Below are positions 22,294 through 23,182 of a DNA stretch of 23,182 bases, in pieces. The stretch covers positions 1 through 23,182 of the forward strand of contig CAZBZG010000008.1 of the NCBI GenBank assembly GCA_964496245.1, given 5' to 3'. The notes beneath the pieces were generated by a model. That model made no database searches, was not told the origin of the DNA, and saw only the letters and a list, made by a program, of their open reading frames with translations. The first letter of the stretch is position 1. Each line of letters starts with the position of its first letter. A program made the position numbers and the translations under genes. Origin of the DNA: an uncultured Planctomycetaceae bacterium (GTDB lineage Bacteria; Planctomycetota; SZUA-567).

Positions 22294-23182
22294 AGATCGT
22301 TCTCGCGCCCAATGCGTTCAAGGGAAGCCTCAGCGCGGTCGAGGCTGCCAGCGCCATGGCCGAGGGCGTGCTCCACGCGTGTCCTGCGGCCGAACGCGTC
22401 CAGGTGCCGGTGGCCGACGGAGGGGACGGCCTGGTGGACGTGCTGGCCGGCGCCCTGCAGGGCCGGATGCGCTCGGCGCTCGTGACCGGACCGCGCGGCG
22501 AACAGGTGGCCGCCCACTTCTGTCACATCCCCGACCAGAAGACGGCCGTGATCGAGATGGCCCGCGCGAGCGGCCTCGCCCTGTTGCCCGAGAAGCGCCG
22601 CGATCCCACCCGGACTTCCACGCGCGGTACGGGCGAACTGATCCACGCCGCTCTCGCGCTCAACGTCGAACGCATCATCGTCGGCATCGGCGGCAGCGCG
22701 ACCTGCGACGGCGGCACGGGGGCTGCCGCTGCGCTCGGCATCCGCTTCCTGGACGAGAACGACGCCCCCATCGATCCTACGGGCGGGAGCCTCCCGCAGA
22801 TTCACCGCATCGATGCGAGCGACCGCCACCGGATCCTCGAGCACGTGACCGTCGAGGTGATCTGCGACGTGGACAACCCCCTGCTCGGACCCGACGGCGC
22901 GAGCCGCGTCTATGCGCCGCAGAAGGGTGCCACACCTGCGCAGGTAGAAGAGCTGGAAGCGGGGCTCGCCCACCTCGCCGAACGGATCGAACGCGATCTG
23001 GGGATGCAGGTCGACGACCTCCCCGGCGCGGGCGCGGCAGGCGGACTCGGCGCCGGACTCCATGCCTTTCTCGGCGCCACGCTCCGCCGCGGCGTCGACG
23101 TGGTCCTGGAACTCGTCGGCCTGGACGCCGCGCTCGCCGAAGCCGACCTCGTGCTCACGGCCGAGGGGCAGATCGACGGGCA
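22290..23182 (+). CDS. Glycerate kinase (GlxK/GarK family), N-terminal 297 aa. The gene continues past the right edge of the window.
   Basis: The GTG start gives MKIVLAPNAFKGSLSAVEAASAMAEGV...VPVADGGDGLVDVL...GIGGSATCDGGTGAAAALG...LLGPDGASRVYAPQKGATP, matching the glycerate kinase N-terminus (MKIVIAPDSFKESLSA...ADGGEG...). The six-frame track does not list it because no stop lies in the window. Confidence 0.8.
   Translation, partial: MKIVLAPNAFKGSLSAVEAASAMAEGVLHACPAAERVQVPVADGGDGLVDVLAGALQGRMRSALVTGPRGEQVAAHFCHIPDQKTAVIEMARASGLALLPEKRRDPTRTSTRGTGELIHAALALNVERIIVGIGGSATCDGGTGAAAALGIRFLDENDAPIDPTGGSLPQIHRIDASDRHRILEHVTVEVICDVDNPLLGPDGASRVYAPQKGATPAQVEELEAGLAHLAERIERDLGMQVDDLPGAGAAGGLGAGLHAFLGATLRRGVDVVLELVGLDAALAEADLVLTAEGQIDG

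Noticed and set aside
1-23182. Scan for tRNA, rRNA, CRISPR repeats, IS or transposase or integrase genes, and long direct repeats
   Set aside because: I saw no TpsiC-loop-like GTTCGAATC motifs, no regularly spaced repeats, and no transposase- or integrase-like translations in any frame.

Overview
The window is 23.2 kb of high-GC (about 68-70%) bacterial chromosome, very gene-dense, with strong third-position GC bias in the real genes. I found no rRNA, tRNA, CRISPR array, transposase or integrase. Many of the long ORFs in the six-frame track are R/G/A/P-rich and lie in alternate or antisense frames of real genes; these are GC-composition artefacts and I did not annotate them.

Gene content I can support, with strand in brackets:
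- the 5' part of a MoxR-type AAA+ ATPase (-)
- a stand-alone CheY-like receiver (-)
- a decayed sugar-ABC-transporter remnant (-)
- an unknown 286-aa protein with its own palindrome and extended -10 promoter (+)
- an nfeD/yqiJ-like gene and a flotillin (SPFH) gene as an operon (-), divergent from a phage-CII-like HTH regulator (+)
- the flavin transferase ApbE (-)
- a four-helix-bundle protein (+)
- a flavin-reductase-like protein (-)
- a chimera of signal peptide, two zinc ribbons and a SurA-N/parvulin domain (-)
- a secreted Pro-rich hypothetical (-)
- a YkgJ-type cysteine-cluster protein (+)
- a Gfo/Idh/MocA oxidoreductase (+)
- an insulated, monocistronic methyltransferase-type corrinoid (B12-binding) protein (+)
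- a Wzy_C/O-antigen-ligase-like membrane protein with a TPR tail (-), translationally coupled to a WecA/MraY-family glycosyl-1-phosphate transferase (-)
- a NUDIX hydrolase (-)
- a threonine-pathway pair on the minus strand: hom plus the iPGM-like alternative homoserine kinase, preceded by an unknown 88-aa ORF that is ATGA-coupled to hom
- birA, an unknown 179-aa protein, and the 5' part of a glycerate kinase (+), all coupled

There is no unambiguous defence island or mobile element. The most novel-looking items are:
- the orphan corrinoid protein unit
- the unknown gene at 1800-2660, sitting beside a gene-decay scar
- the zinc-ribbon/parvulin chimera next to a secreted Pro-rich partner
- the divergent nfeD-floT / CII-like locus
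- the two small unknown ORFs coupled to hom and to birA/glxK
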